From: a virus
Lineage: Duplodnaviria > Caudoviricetes
IMG/VR virus record: IMGVR_UViG_3300020045_004648
Span: 1-64,000 of that record
Direction: 5' to 3' (one strand)
DNA length: 64,000 nt
The notes beneath the pieces were generated by a model that searched no databases, was not told where the DNA came from, and was given only the letters and a program-made list of their open reading frames with translations. Positions 7,791 through 16,576 of this stretch are shown here, piece after piece; positions within the stretch are counted from its first letter, which is position 1, and the number at the start of each line of letters is the position of its first letter. Made by a program: the position numbers and the translations under genes.

Positions 7791-8078
7791 TCAAATCTTA
7801 CCTTCACGGAGTTCTTGAGCAATCTTACGAAGCCAGTCTTCTCGACTATAACGGTAAGGCACATTACTATCTACATATGTCCAAAAACCATCATTGGAGA
7901 TATTATCTCTCTCTAGTAGTGGTTCTATAAACTGACCTGCAGCATAATCAGCCACTCCTGAAGTTTTCATATAGCTGCAATCATCAATTGCAGATGCTAA
8001 TGCATGGCAGCAAAATGTTTGAGTATCAAGCCAGTCAATAGCCCTTTCAATTACTTCTGGTGTAATTTCTTTTATCAT
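7791..8078 (-). CDS. hypothetical protein
   Basis: Start MIKEIT at 8078 with GAGGGAG SD. Confidence 0.65.
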   Translation of the reverse strand: MIKEITPEVIERAIDWLDTQTFCCHALASAIDDCSYMKTSGVADYAAGQFIEPLLERDNISNDGFWTYVDSNVPYRYSREDWLRKIAQELREGKI

Positions 8079-8297
8079 AATTAATTCTCCCTCTTGTGAT
8101 GATTTCTCATGCATAATTTGCATTATATTTACTTCAATTGGTTTCATATTAAATACCTTTCATTAATAATTATTATTACTGATATGCTTTGTTCCCGGTG
8201 CTATCAAGCAGAAATCTAGTGCTTATCAAATCCTGGGTAAAACCAAGAATGTTTCCGAGATTTTCCAGCAATATTTCCGAAATGTCTGTACGATTTT

Positions 8298-8501
8298 TCA
8301 AATGTCCAAATCTACTTGTACTTTATTAACAATATATGTAGCTTTTGTTCCGCTAATTACCTGAAAGCTTACAAGATAAGTACTCACTGAATTAACACAA
8401 ACTCCAGTTTTATTCTGAAATTGATCCAACTCTTTTTGAATAATACTCCGCAAACGATTCTGCAAAGCATCACGTTCTGATTGTAATTCCTGAATATTCA
8501 T
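8298..8501 (-). CDS. hypothetical protein
   Basis: 67-aa ORF with AAGGA SD. Confidence 0.65.
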   Translation of the reverse strand: MNIQELQSERDALQNRLRSIIQKELDQFQNKTGVCVNSVSTYLVSFQVISGTKATYIVNKVQVDLDI

Positions 8502-8522
8502 AGCTTTTCCTTTAAGATTATT

Positions 8523-8834
8523 TCATTTGTCCAAGTATGCTTTCACCTTCTTCTCAAACAAGTCAGACAAACCCTCTAAACTACTTTCAACTGTAATCTC
8601 TCCCAGTTTAAACGGAGACATCATTCCAATGTGTAACATCTCATCGAAATCGTTGATCAACTCCCAGAACTGCACTCTATAAATTTGATCTTCTTGCAGA
8701 TCATTATGAGGATTTTTAAAATGAGGATACTGCTCGTAGAACTTTTTACGCCTTTGATTAAGAAACTCAGCACCCTCTTTAGTCAAGGTTACTGTAACAT
8801 AGTCATTATGATTGAATTTGAATGTGTGCATCAT
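8523..8834 (-). CDS. hypothetical protein
   Basis: AAGGAG SD. Confidence 0.7.
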   Translation of the reverse strand: MMHTFKFNHNDYVTVTLTKEGAEFLNQRRKKFYEQYPHFKNPHNDLQEDQIYRVQFWELINDFDEMLHIGMMSPFKLGEITVESSLEGLSDLFEKKVKAYLDK

Positions 8835-8842
8835 TTACTCCT

Positions 8843-9154
8843 TTACCGCATTTGAATCCAGCAGACTTTCTTACCACCAAACTTACCATCCAAAGAGATA
8901 TCTCCCCAGTCATACAAACCTTCAATCAAGCAGTTCAAATCTTCCTCTGCGTAATCATTGAACTCATCATTTGCGAGGTCTTCAAAGCTGTAGATAATTT
9001 CTTCAAGTTGCTCATCGATGTGCTCTTGCTTGAATTCCTTAAGACTTTTTAGCTTTTCCACTACGATTTTTGCAAACTCTTGAACTGAGAGTTCACCTTT
9101 GTCATATTGCTCTGTGTAAGAGCTGAAATCTACTTTACGCTGCCAATTTGCCAT
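8843..9154 (-). CDS. acidic hypothetical protein
   Basis: GGAGG SD. Confidence 0.7.
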   Translation of the reverse strand: MANWQRKVDFSSYTEQYDKGELSVQEFAKIVVEKLKSLKEFKQEHIDEQLEEIIYSFEDLANDEFNDYAEEDLNCLIEGLYDWGDISLDGKFGGKKVCWIQMR

Positions 9155-9156
9155 GA

Positions 9157-9516
9157 TTAACCTCCTATAAAAACATTCAAGCCTTCACTATACTCCAAAA
9201 ACTGCCCTTCATTCAACACCTTTTCAGGATCAACCTCATCTCCTTCGTTGTTTTCTACTGACAGTACATCCCACGATACAAGATCAGTGTACCCTAAATA
9301 ATCCCAATCAGAATCCTCCGTTGGACTGAATGTACCATGAGTGACTCTATAATTGCACTCAACATACGTAGTCAACTCTTGCTGATACCCTTGTGAGTCC
9401 AAGTAAGAGAAGTAATAATGCTTTGTCTCTGTATGGTAAGAGTGCTTTTTGTTTCCTTTGGGGTAGTCTTCGTCAGTCTGGCCGTATATATTTAGATCAT
9501 CATCTTTAAAAATCAT
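9157..9516 (-). CDS. acidic hypothetical protein
   Basis: GGAG SD. Confidence 0.7.
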   Translation of the reverse strand: MIFKDDDLNIYGQTDEDYPKGNKKHSYHTETKHYYFSYLDSQGYQQELTTYVECNYRVTHGTFSPTEDSDWDYLGYTDLVSWDVLSVENNEGDEVDPEKVLNEGQFLEYSEGLNVFIGG

Positions 9517-9558
9517 AATTACTCCTACTCGTTAACGTTCTTAGCAAAGATACTCACT

Positions 9559-9765
9559 TCAATAATAAAGAATAAACCCTAAGCCACTGCAGTTCTCACA
9601 AAAACCCCATGATAAATTCTCAGGATCAATCCCCGCTGGGCTTGGATTAACCCCCATTCCTGTACTACCATCCCAATACTCCAGCCCTTGATTGTCACAA
9701 CAAGGGCATTTTCTGTATTTGAGTTTACCCAAGATTAAATCACGAACTTCATGTGTGTCTAGCAT
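9559..9765 (-). CDS. small Zn-ribbon protein
   Basis: CPCC...CENC; start MLDTHE at 9765. Confidence 0.65.
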   Translation of the reverse strand: MLDTHEVRDLILGKLKYRKCPCCDNQGLEYWDGSTGMGVNPSPAGIDPENLSWGFCENCSGLGFILYY

Positions 9766-9824
9766 ATAATCCCCTTTCAAAATCCGAAATACTTTTAGGA
9801 ATTGTTTCAAAATCTTTTGACTTT

Positions 9825-10022
9825 TTAATCCCAAACGTACGGTTGTTCAGTAGCATCCATCAGCCCTTGACGATGCCCCTTATCATAGCACTCCTGAGCA
9901 AATTTCTCTAACTTAGAAATCAACCTCATTCCAGCAGGACTAGAGTACCCAATAGACGGTTGATCAGATGGGTAGAGAATCCCAATGGACTCTGCTAATT
10001 CGATTAGTTCTTGTCTGGTCAT
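9825..10022 (-). CDS. hypothetical protein
   Basis: Tightly packed ORF. Confidence 0.6.
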   Translation of the reverse strand: MTRQELIELAESIGILYPSDQPSIGYSSPAGMRLISKLEKFAQECYDKGHRQGLMDATEQPYVWD

Positions 10023-10026
10023 ATCT

Positions 10027-10236
10027 CTACCACTCCCTATCTAAGATTGACATTTGATCAGCAAATATTTTGCAATCAATTTTCTCACCTGTTTGAGTAT
10101 TGATGTACTTAGCCCACTCATCCATTATACAAGATATATCCATCAAATTCCTTGTGTCGTAACCTATAGGAAAGCATGAAGGTGCTCCGTGCCGTTGGGA
10201 AGGATATGATAGCACAAACTTTGGTTCGTACTTCAT
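10027..10236 (-). CDS. hypothetical protein
   Basis: ATGA-coupled ORF. Confidence 0.6.
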   Translation of the reverse strand: MKYEPKFVLSYPSQRHGAPSCFPIGYDTRNLMDISCIMDEWAKYINTQTGEKIDCKIFADQMSILDREW

Positions 10237-10451
10237 GTCTCAACCCTGGATGTACGTTGATTCCATGCATCAATTGCTGTCTGTTCAAAATGATCCCAAT
10301 ACGTAGAGGGTTGATCTTCCTCTGGTTCCGGTGCACGTTCACCTAACATACAGACTCCGCAACTGCATTGAACAACCCAAATCGTTCTATGATCTTCAAG
10401 TTCAGGTTTTGCACCACAAAACGGACAGCGGAGTAATCTTTTAGTTTTCAT
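10233..10451 (-). CDS. Lar-like (restriction alleviation family) Zn-finger protein
   Basis: LLRCPFCG...VVQCSCG pattern. Confidence 0.55.
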   Translation of the reverse strand: MKTKRLLRCPFCGAKPELEDHRTIWVVQCSCGVCMLGERAPEPEEDQPSTYWDHFEQTAIDAWNQRTSRVET

Positions 10452-10457
10452 AGTGTT

Positions 10458-11027
10458 TTACTTACTTAAGATATCTAACTCTTTTTGGAGTTCTTTTTTA
10501 CGTTGCTCTTTCATCTCATCAGCAACCATACCTTTGTGTTTATTAAAGATTCCCCAGAATGCTTCATGAACTGCCTTGGAGTTATCTTCTGTGAAGTACA
10601 AGCAATTATTTGCAGAATCGCAATACTTAGGCTCAAAGGCTTTAAGTTCAGCAAAGAAAGCATCAAAGGTCTTTTTAGGGTATACATTGTTCATATAATT
10701 CCCAAAGATATAAGGCCCAGTTGGGAAACAAATGCAATACAACCATTCATCATTAGGTTGTTTGGCATTGTCCGGCCATGAGATATATCGCTCTACTCCG
10801 TCCATAAAGTTAACCCTCGTCCAATTGTCATAAACACCTTCAACGGAGTAACTTACATCCCCAAATCCATAAGATAAAGGAATACCAAATCTCTCTGATA
10901 TCTCAAGGCGTTGTAGGGTACTTTTTATCTTACTAACATCAAAGTCCCCTTTAAATTCATCAGAGTACTTTTGGAGCACTTTTTGTAGCTCTGTGTAAGC
11001 TTTGATTTTGTTTTGAATATCTTTCAT
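10458..11027 (-). CDS. hypothetical protein
   Basis: 189-aa ORF, GAGGAG SD. Confidence 0.8.
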   Translation of the reverse strand: MKDIQNKIKAYTELQKVLQKYSDEFKGDFDVSKIKSTLQRLEISERFGIPLSYGFGDVSYSVEGVYDNWTRVNFMDGVERYISWPDNAKQPNDEWLYCICFPTGPYIFGNYMNNVYPKKTFDAFFAELKAFEPKYCDSANNCLYFTEDNSKAVHEAFWGIFNKHKGMVADEMKEQRKKELQKELDILSK

Positions 11028-11029
11028 AT

Positions 11030-11656
11030 TTACTCCTCTTCTTGCTCATCACGTTCACAGCCGTACTGTGTACTTTCAAATATAGCCTTCAATCGAAGGT
11101 ACTCATCGTACTCAGGATTTGTTACTTTCTTCAGAGATTGAAGAAGCAAAGTAACAGAATACTCATCCCAACCAAGATCAGTAATGATTGCTTTTCGGAT
11201 GTCTTCTGGTGTGTATACAGTCTCTTGTTGATCCTTTACTTCTGTATGTGATATTACCTCTTTAATGTCGTAACTACAAGACTCAGAACCATCTACAAAA
11301 CCATTACTATACCAATCTTGCCAATTATTACCTAATACTCCAAAGATTGGTTTAGTACTGCTAATACCCCTAGAGATTGTATCTTTCAAATGATCAAGTG
11401 TACAACAAGTGTACTCTTCACCATTCATGCAGATGACCTTATCCCCTGGTTTGGGGGTAAATTGCTTTTCCATGACTTTCTCCTTTTCAATAAGTTCAAA
11501 ACGATGAGGATACCATCCTGTTGTGCCATATCCGTTAAGGATTAAAAAATAATCCACCTGCAAAGAGTCTACAGTATAAGCATCTCCGATAGCTAAGTAC
11601 TCCTCTACATTTGTATTATCAATACACTTGACTTTATCTCCAGCTTTGAATGACAT
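11030..11656 (-). CDS. hypothetical protein with two SH3/KOW-like GDKV modules
   Basis: FKAGDKVKC and PKPGDKVIC repeats. Confidence 0.7.
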   Translation of the reverse strand: MSFKAGDKVKCIDNTNVEEYLAIGDAYTVDSLQVDYFLILNGYGTTGWYPHRFELIEKEKVMEKQFTPKPGDKVICMNGEEYTCCTLDHLKDTISRGISSTKPIFGVLGNNWQDWYSNGFVDGSESCSYDIKEVISHTEVKDQQETVYTPEDIRKAIITDLGWDEYSVTLLLQSLKKVTNPEYDEYLRLKAIFESTQYGCERDEQEEE

Positions 11657-11658
11657 GA

Positions 11659-11862
11659 TTAACTCTCCTTTACATAAACAATAAACTCACCAGCATCAAC
11701 ATCTCGTACAGGATACGTGTACATACGCAAAGTAGGTTGCATGAGCGTAGGTTGAACTTGAATAGTCAAGAATGTCGGACCATCTTCCAACACCACACCA
11801 CGCCTATACGTATTCTCGTATGTATCTAAAACAACAACCTCGTGAAACAGTAAACCTTACAT
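11659..11862 (-). pseudogene. 67-codon frame with TAA at codon 2 (ATG TAA GGT TTA...)
   Basis: AAGGGG SD, ATG, in-frame TAA, then 65 open codons ending at the next gene's SD. Confidence 0.6.
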
Positions 11863-11874
11863 GCTAAATCCCCT

Positions 11875-12009
11875 TTAATCAAACAAAAGATCAACAATAG
11901 CTCCAACAATAATTGCTCCTACTGCTGCACCAATAATAGTAGGAACAGATAGACCAACAGTTGCCCCTAAAATAAGTAAACTCATTAAAAAGTTTAATAG
12001 AACTTGCAT
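11875..12009 (-). CDS. small hydrophobic membrane protein (44 aa), not in ORF track
   Basis: MQVLLNFLMSLLILGATVGLSVPTIIGAAVGAIIVGAIVDLLFD; AAGGAG SD. Confidence 0.65.
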   Translation of the reverse strand: MQVLLNFLMSLLILGATVGLSVPTIIGAAVGAIIVGAIVDLLFD

Positions 12010-12161
12010 TTAAATCTCCTTTAAAAATCAATACGATGGTGCAATCTTAACATCTTTTGTATGGAGTGTTTGTATATTTTCTTCATTGACGTTTTTATAC
12101 CACAAGTCACCAAGAACTAAATTAGGATTATAAATAGAAATTCCAATAAGAATTTTTGAAG

Positions 12162-12389
12162 TTACGCACCTTCACTCAGACCTTCACTATACCCATCTGA
12201 ATAGCCCTCTTCGTAACGATCATCTGTACCTTGTTCTTTTCCAGATTCATAAACCTCTTCAAGCATAGCACGAAGTACATCCAAGTATTCATGATCTAAC
12301 TTATTGAGAAGGCTGTCAAGTTCTGTGAAGGAAATGCTTGAGCAATGCTCATCAACAAGTTCTGTAATGTCTTTACTGTTTATAGTCAT
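12162..12389 (-). CDS. acidic hypothetical protein
   Basis: Start MTINSK; C-terminal YxxGY repeats. Confidence 0.65.
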   Translation of the reverse strand: MTINSKDITELVDEHCSSISFTELDSLLNKLDHEYLDVLRAMLEEVYESGKEQGTDDRYEEGYSDGYSEGLSEGA

Positions 12390-12443
12390 CTCAATGCATC
12401 CTTTCTTTTTCAAATAAACTAACCAATAAATCAAAGGCGACGG

Positions 12444-12644
12444 CTAAAAGCCTAGCCGTCTTGCATTAATTGTAACACCTTCATCAAGGTCTTGTACTTG
12501 CTTAATTAACTCTTTTTCTTGCAGACCTATAGTTTTATACACTTCTGTACTGAAGTAAGCAGGGTTGATCTTGATGATGCTATACATCAAGAGGTAGAGG
12601 GCTAGTTTAGCGTTGGTTAGTTGGTCTTGATGCTCTGGGATCAT
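12444..12644 (-). CDS. hypothetical protein
   Basis: ATGA-coupled. Confidence 0.6.
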   Translation of the reverse strand: MIPEHQDQLTNAKLALYLLMYSIIKINPAYFSTEVYKTIGLQEKELIKQVQDLDEGVTINARRLGF

Positions 12645-12892
12645 CCTGAATTCCTCATCAATTCACCATAAGATTCACGCAACAACAATTTGCCACGCTT
12701 AGTAATTGTTTCATTCTTACCAATCAATTTAAGCTCCTTCATGATTGTAGTAATAGTCCAACCGCAATGGTAACCTGCAGCCTTCTTTAGTACACTTGCA
12801 GAAAGCAAATCTCTGTAATTCGTGTGACCGAAGTTAGTACCTTTGAAGGCTTGTTCAATTTCTTCGTCAGAAATTACAAAGTGTTTAGTCAT
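12641..12892 (-). CDS. hypothetical protein
   Basis: 83-aa ORF. Confidence 0.65.
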   Translation of the reverse strand: MTKHFVISDEEIEQAFKGTNFGHTNYRDLLSASVLKKAAGYHCGWTITTIMKELKLIGKNETITKRGKLLLRESYGELMRNSG

Positions 12893-12904
12893 AATCTGGC
12901 ATTT

Positions 12905-13075
12905 CTAGTCTGTCCAATGACTAACTTCATTGCAAACTGCTTCATATGGTGTTGAGTCTTCGATTCCATATGCTTCAACCCAAGCTTCTGCACAATCCCA
13001 AGCAAAACTAAAAGAAGTATCAACATAGAACTTCATAGTCCACATATATTTAATCTTCCAAATAAAAACTTTCAT
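12905..13075 (-). CDS. 56-aa protein, paralog A, not in ORF track
   Basis: MKVFIWKIKYMWTMKFYVDTSFSFAWDCAEAWVEAYGIEDSTPYEAVCNEVSHWTD. Confidence 0.75.
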   Translation of the reverse strand: MKVFIWKIKYMWTMKFYVDTSFSFAWDCAEAWVEAYGIEDSTPYEAVCNEVSHWTD

Positions 13076-13077
13076 GA

Positions 13078-13305
13078 TCAAACCCCTTCTTCCTCTAGGT
13101 ATTCTTCAATCATATTAATTGCGTGTTGGAAAGCCATTGGATTATTTTCTTGACCATCGCCATATAGGGATGTATTACCAAGACGTTCACACAAAGAACT
13201 AACCTGTAAGAATTGTCCCTCATCTAGTTGACAATCTGTATCTAGATAGCCTAGAGCTAGAATAGCAATCCCTGCATTAAGTTTCTTGGTGTCTTTGTTA
13301 ATCAT
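13078..13305 (-). CDS. hypothetical protein
   Basis: ATGA overlap with upstream gene. Confidence 0.6.
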   Translation of the reverse strand: MINKDTKKLNAGIAILALGYLDTDCQLDEGQFLQVSSLCERLGNTSLYGDGQENNPMAFQHAINMIEEYLEEEGV

Positions 13306-13508
13306 TTGTAACTCCATTTCGTCAAATAGCAGGGGTAAGATATCGTGCCATCAGACTCTAAAACTGCAGGTGCAATGAAGAGCATGTGTTTTGCCTTCAT
13401 CTTACCAAAACCTGTAGGATAGGCAATGAGTTCTTGAATTGACCCTTGGTAGCACATAACAAATACAACTTTACCACCAGTCAATAGTGCCCAAATTTTC
13501 TTCAACAT
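13302..13508 (-). CDS. hypothetical protein
   Basis: AAGGA SD. Confidence 0.6.
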   Translation of the reverse strand: MLKKIWALLTGGKVVFVMCYQGSIQELIAYPTGFGKMKAKHMLFIAPAVLESDGTISYPCYLTKWSYK

Positions 13509-13627
13509 GATTGTCCTTTCTTTGGTTCTTGCATTGTCCAGAAGATTAGTTCTGGGTACTCTGGGTAAACATATCCGTAAAGTCTAATTCCGTTATGCAC
13601 ACGTAGTGCAGGTGTTGCCCACATAGT

Positions 13628-13921
13628 TTACTCATCCTCTTGTTCAGATTCTGAAATGTAATCAAATGGGTTAAATCCGCTAATAGAACTATCTCCATTA
13701 AATGCATCTAAAAGTACTTGGATAACAGATTGATCCTCAGAGATAATATCAATATCTGTTGGGCCAATCTTACCGTAGACCTCAGAGTGCTTACCTAGAA
13801 CTTCCCCAAAGTAAACATTCTTACCAACTACAAGATTAATAGCCTCTTTGTCTGCAATGAAAAGACCATCGAGATCTCCAGAACGCCCACAATCCCAAAA
13901 GAACTTTGCTAAAACTTTCAT
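13628..13921 (-). CDS. hypothetical phage protein
   Basis: 97-aa ORF, AAGGA SD. Confidence 0.75.
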   Translation of the reverse strand: MKVLAKFFWDCGRSGDLDGLFIADKEAINLVVGKNVYFGEVLGKHSEVYGKIGPTDIDIISEDQSVIQVLLDAFNGDSSISGFNPFDYISESEQEDE

Positions 13922-13936
13922 TTAAATTTCCTTTCG

Positions 13937-14395
13937 TTAGTTAATTCCACCGCCTAGACTGTACATCTTTGCTTTGCACACGTCAAGTTCCTGTACAAGT
14001 TTTTCAATCAAATCCACTTGCTGATCCCTAAGTTCTTCACTCATTGCTAGACAGCTTTGAGAGAACATCAAGTTATCCTCTAGGTCTTGTATCTTGCTCT
14101 CAAGTTCTCCGATAGCATCATCATAAGCACTCTCAATGACTTTCAGATATTTCCAATGAATACACCAGAACTTACTTTGAAGTACTTCCATTGTATCGAA
14201 GTCTTGGCTACGTTTCTCTGTAGGAAATTCTACTACACAAGACATAAAACTCAAAGAGTCTATGACAATTCCCTTCGATTGCACTAAAGAACTAAAACGA
14301 CAACCTGTGAGAACTTCAACCGTGTCACCACGTTTTATAGGTAGGGGTTTAGTCATAAGATGTACGGGTATATAGAGAGGTAGAAACCAGAGCAC
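13937..14395 (-). CDS. hypothetical protein with C-terminal coiled coil
   Basis: ORF; true start uncertain. Confidence 0.55.
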   Translation of the reverse strand: MLWFLPLYIPVHLMTKPLPIKRGDTVEVLTGCRFSSLVQSKGIVIDSLSFMSCVVEFPTEKRSQDFDTMEVLQSKFWCIHWKYLKVIESAYDDAIGELESKIQDLEDNLMFSQSCLAMSEELRDQQVDLIEKLVQELDVCKAKMYSLGGGIN

Positions 14396-14492
14396 ACCAA
14401 TGAAACAAGCAATTCTATTGAATCAATACCAAAGACAACAGCAAACAGGGAACAGACACAAACAAGCAGTGTTGCAACAATACCAAATGTTT

Positions 14493-14645
14493 TCATTCCC
14501 ATCCTCTTTTACGTTGACGATCTTTTGAATAATCCTTACGTTTTTCTTTATCTTTGCTCTTTTCTTTGTATGGTGATTCTTTCTTCGCATGACCAAGAAG
14601 GTTTATAGTACGAACAAAGCCAGAGAGTGTGTTGTTAGGTTTCAT
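14493..14645 (-). CDS. small basic protein
   Basis: Start MKPNNT at 14645, K/R-rich tail. Confidence 0.55.
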   Translation of the reverse strand: MKPNNTLSGFVRTINLLGHAKKESPYKEKSKDKEKRKDYSKDRQRKRGWE

Positions 14646-14646
14646 A

Positions 14647-14817
14647 TCAATCTTGCCAAGTACTAACCTCTTCGTAAACAGCTTCACGAGGGTTGTAGTC
14701 TTCAATACCATAAGACTCTACCCAAGATTCTGCACAATCCCAAGCAAGATCAAAAGTCATACCTGTGTAGAACTTCATGACCCACATGTACTCCAATTTC
14801 CAAATAAATGTTTTCAT
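14647..14817 (-). CDS. 56-aa protein, paralog B, not in ORF track
   Basis: MKTFIWKLEYMWVMKFYTGMTFDLAWDCAESWVESYGIEDYNPREAVYEEVSTWQD. Confidence 0.75.
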   Translation of the reverse strand: MKTFIWKLEYMWVMKFYTGMTFDLAWDCAESWVESYGIEDYNPREAVYEEVSTWQD

Positions 14818-14819
14818 AT

Positions 14820-15095
14820 TCAACCTCTCGTAGTAATGTTATAAACCTTCTCCACTCCTCCAACCTCAACAAACGCAGCCTCTGTTGGCGTGAGCACATA
14901 CGGATAGAACTCTTCATTCAAACTCTGTACAAAAGCCATAGCCTTCTCTGCACTTAAATCACTTGCTGCACAGAAGAGAAGTTCACCTTTAGGGTCCACC
15001 CCAAATACATCAAAAAGCAATCGTGAAGTACAGCTACGTCGAATGATGTATCCTGCGATATCGTCTGGGTTGATATAGATTTCATCGTTAAACAT
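14820..15095 (-). CDS. hypothetical protein
   Basis: Start MFNDEI, AAGGAG SD. Confidence 0.7.
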   Translation of the reverse strand: MFNDEIYINPDDIAGYIIRRSCTSRLLFDVFGVDPKGELLFCAASDLSAEKAMAFVQSLNEEFYPYVLTPTEAAFVEVGGVEKVYNITTRG

Positions 15096-15097
15096 GT

Positions 15098-15385
15098 TTA
15101 CTCCTTTGCAATACAACGAGATGTAAAACCGTGTACCTTGTAGCCTGTCCACCACAAAGCCCCATCACAACGTTCAATAGCATAGACTCGGTAAGATGGG
15201 CTGTAATCACCGACCATGCCAACAATCTTTACTCGTGTACCATCTAAGGTGCTATTGGATGTACTGTGAAGTACACCTACTTCGTCTTGAATAAACTTAT
15301 TGTCTTTTGGGAATGCTTTAGGGGCATCAACACATTTGCAATCGTAGTAGCTTTTTCCACATTTATAACAATCATAGTGCGCCAT
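15098..15385 (-). CDS. hypothetical protein with N-terminal Cys cluster
   Basis: CYKC...CKC; AAGGAG SD. Confidence 0.7.
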   Translation of the reverse strand: MAHYDCYKCGKSYYDCKCVDAPKAFPKDNKFIQDEVGVLHSTSNSTLDGTRVKIVGMVGDYSPSYRVYAIERCDGALWWTGYKVHGFTSRCIAKE

Positions 15386-15589
15386 TTATTTCTCCTTATT
15401 TACCAAAACTTATTAATCCGAAAATCATCCTCTTGTGCACTACCCTTGCACCTTGGATTATACCCCAAAGATTCAAAGGCTTCATCTTCATCGTCTTTAT
15501 TGACGTAATAAAAGAAGTCCTGTCCTTCATTCTGTGGCGTTGGGACAACGTTATGACTCTTTTTATGTTCTTTTAGCAAGGTTCCCCCC

Positions 15590-15802
15590 TTATTCTACAT
15601 CAGAAATAACATCAAAAATACTCTTCATTGTTGCGCTTAACACACGCTGTGTATGTTTATCTCCTGGATATACAATCTCAGAAATACTTGCATCCAACCT
15701 CAGCATATCGCGGATTACAGTAAGTTCTTCTGCTGTATCAAAAGTAAGTTCAAATGATATTGGCTTGAAGGATGGTTGAGTTTTGATTTGTTTTACTTGC
15801 AT
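15590..15802 (-). CDS. ~70-aa paralog family member 1
   Basis: MQVKQIKTQPSFKPISFELTF. Confidence 0.7.
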   Translation of the reverse strand: MQVKQIKTQPSFKPISFELTFDTAEELTVIRDMLRLDASISEIVYPGDKHTQRVLSATMKSIFDVISDVE

Positions 15803-15804
15803 GT

Positions 15805-16023
15805 TTACTCCTTTGCCAGTTGTTCAGTGAGGGGTTCACGAATTTGTCGCATCAACACCCCCAGTCTGTTTTGTTTATCTTGGGTTTGATACACTACATT
15901 TGGAACAGATACATTATACCCAAGCATTGTTTCAATCATCCTCGCGTCTTCTAGATTATGAAAAGTAATCTCAAGCGTTACTGGCTTGAATACTACAGTT
16001 TCTTGTTTGATTTTTACTTGCAT
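15805..16023 (-). CDS. ~70-aa paralog family member 2
   Basis: MQVKIKQETVVFKPVTLEITF. Confidence 0.7.
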   Translation of the reverse strand: MQVKIKQETVVFKPVTLEITFHNLEDARMIETMLGYNVSVPNVVYQTQDKQNRLGVLMRQIREPLTEQLAKE

Positions 16024-16055
16024 AATTTAATAACCTTTGGTTTTAATTGCATAAC

Positions 16056-16328
16056 TTACTCCTCCGAGATTGTGATTTTGGAAACCAAGTGGAACTCACC
16101 AACCATTTGACCACAACATTTATCAAATTCTCTTTGAGTAATAGCACTTCTGCTCTGGTAATCTATTGGTCTATCATGAAAATCACCGTCTGGATAGACC
16201 AATACTGCCCTTGCTTGGACATTAGCTAGTAGTACATATTCATTATCTTTAGTTTTATACCAATTACCAATTTTATGTACCACTGGCTTTTCAGTTACTG
16301 CATTTTGTTTAATAGTTACGATTGTCAT
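16056..16328 (-). CDS. hypothetical protein
   Basis: AAGGAG SD. Confidence 0.7.
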   Translation of the reverse strand: MTIVTIKQNAVTEKPVVHKIGNWYKTKDNEYVLLANVQARAVLVYPDGDFHDRPIDYQSRSAITQREFDKCCGQMVGEFHLVSKITISEE

Positions 16329-16344
16329 GATTTACTCCTTAAAT

Positions 16345-16555
16345 ATTACGGTACGAAACACCCCTGATTTGATCAGGACTCTTTTTAGAGGCGTCAACCT
16401 CGTTGAGGCCGACTTGCAATTGCTGAAGATGAAACTCCAGATGCACGCTATGGGCATCAAATGATCGCTCTACGAAGCCAGAAGGATTCTTCTCTTGGAA
16501 AGAGATACGATGAGTAAAGCTTTGCTTTGCGAATGCCGCAAGGCGGATGGTTTTA
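16345..16555. ncRNA. candidate structured RNA overlapping the doubtful ORF 16339-16572
   Basis: ~45% GC island in AT-rich flanks with six or more hairpins. Confidence 0.35.
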
Positions 16556-16576
16556 GTTTGAAATTTCTTCATATAC

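Larger units (their letters stand above)
3316..8247. repeat. palindromic motif family AGGGT(AA/TT)ACCCT, ~7 copies
   Basis: Copies at 3316-3332, 3661-3678, 5475-5488, 6533-6548, 7034-7049, 7558-7573, 8233-8247; TAGGTGTAAACCCT is exact at 3317 and 6533. Confidence 0.7.

Noticed and set aside
16354-16440. Hammerhead ribozyme (CGAAAC, GTC, CTGAAGA)
   Set aside because: Stems I, II and III do not pair in the required registers.
16515-16555. c-di-GMP-I riboswitch look-alike on the minus strand (AAACCATCC...CGCAAAGC)
   Set aside because: Lacks the GAAA tetraloop/receptor and the GG before AAAC.
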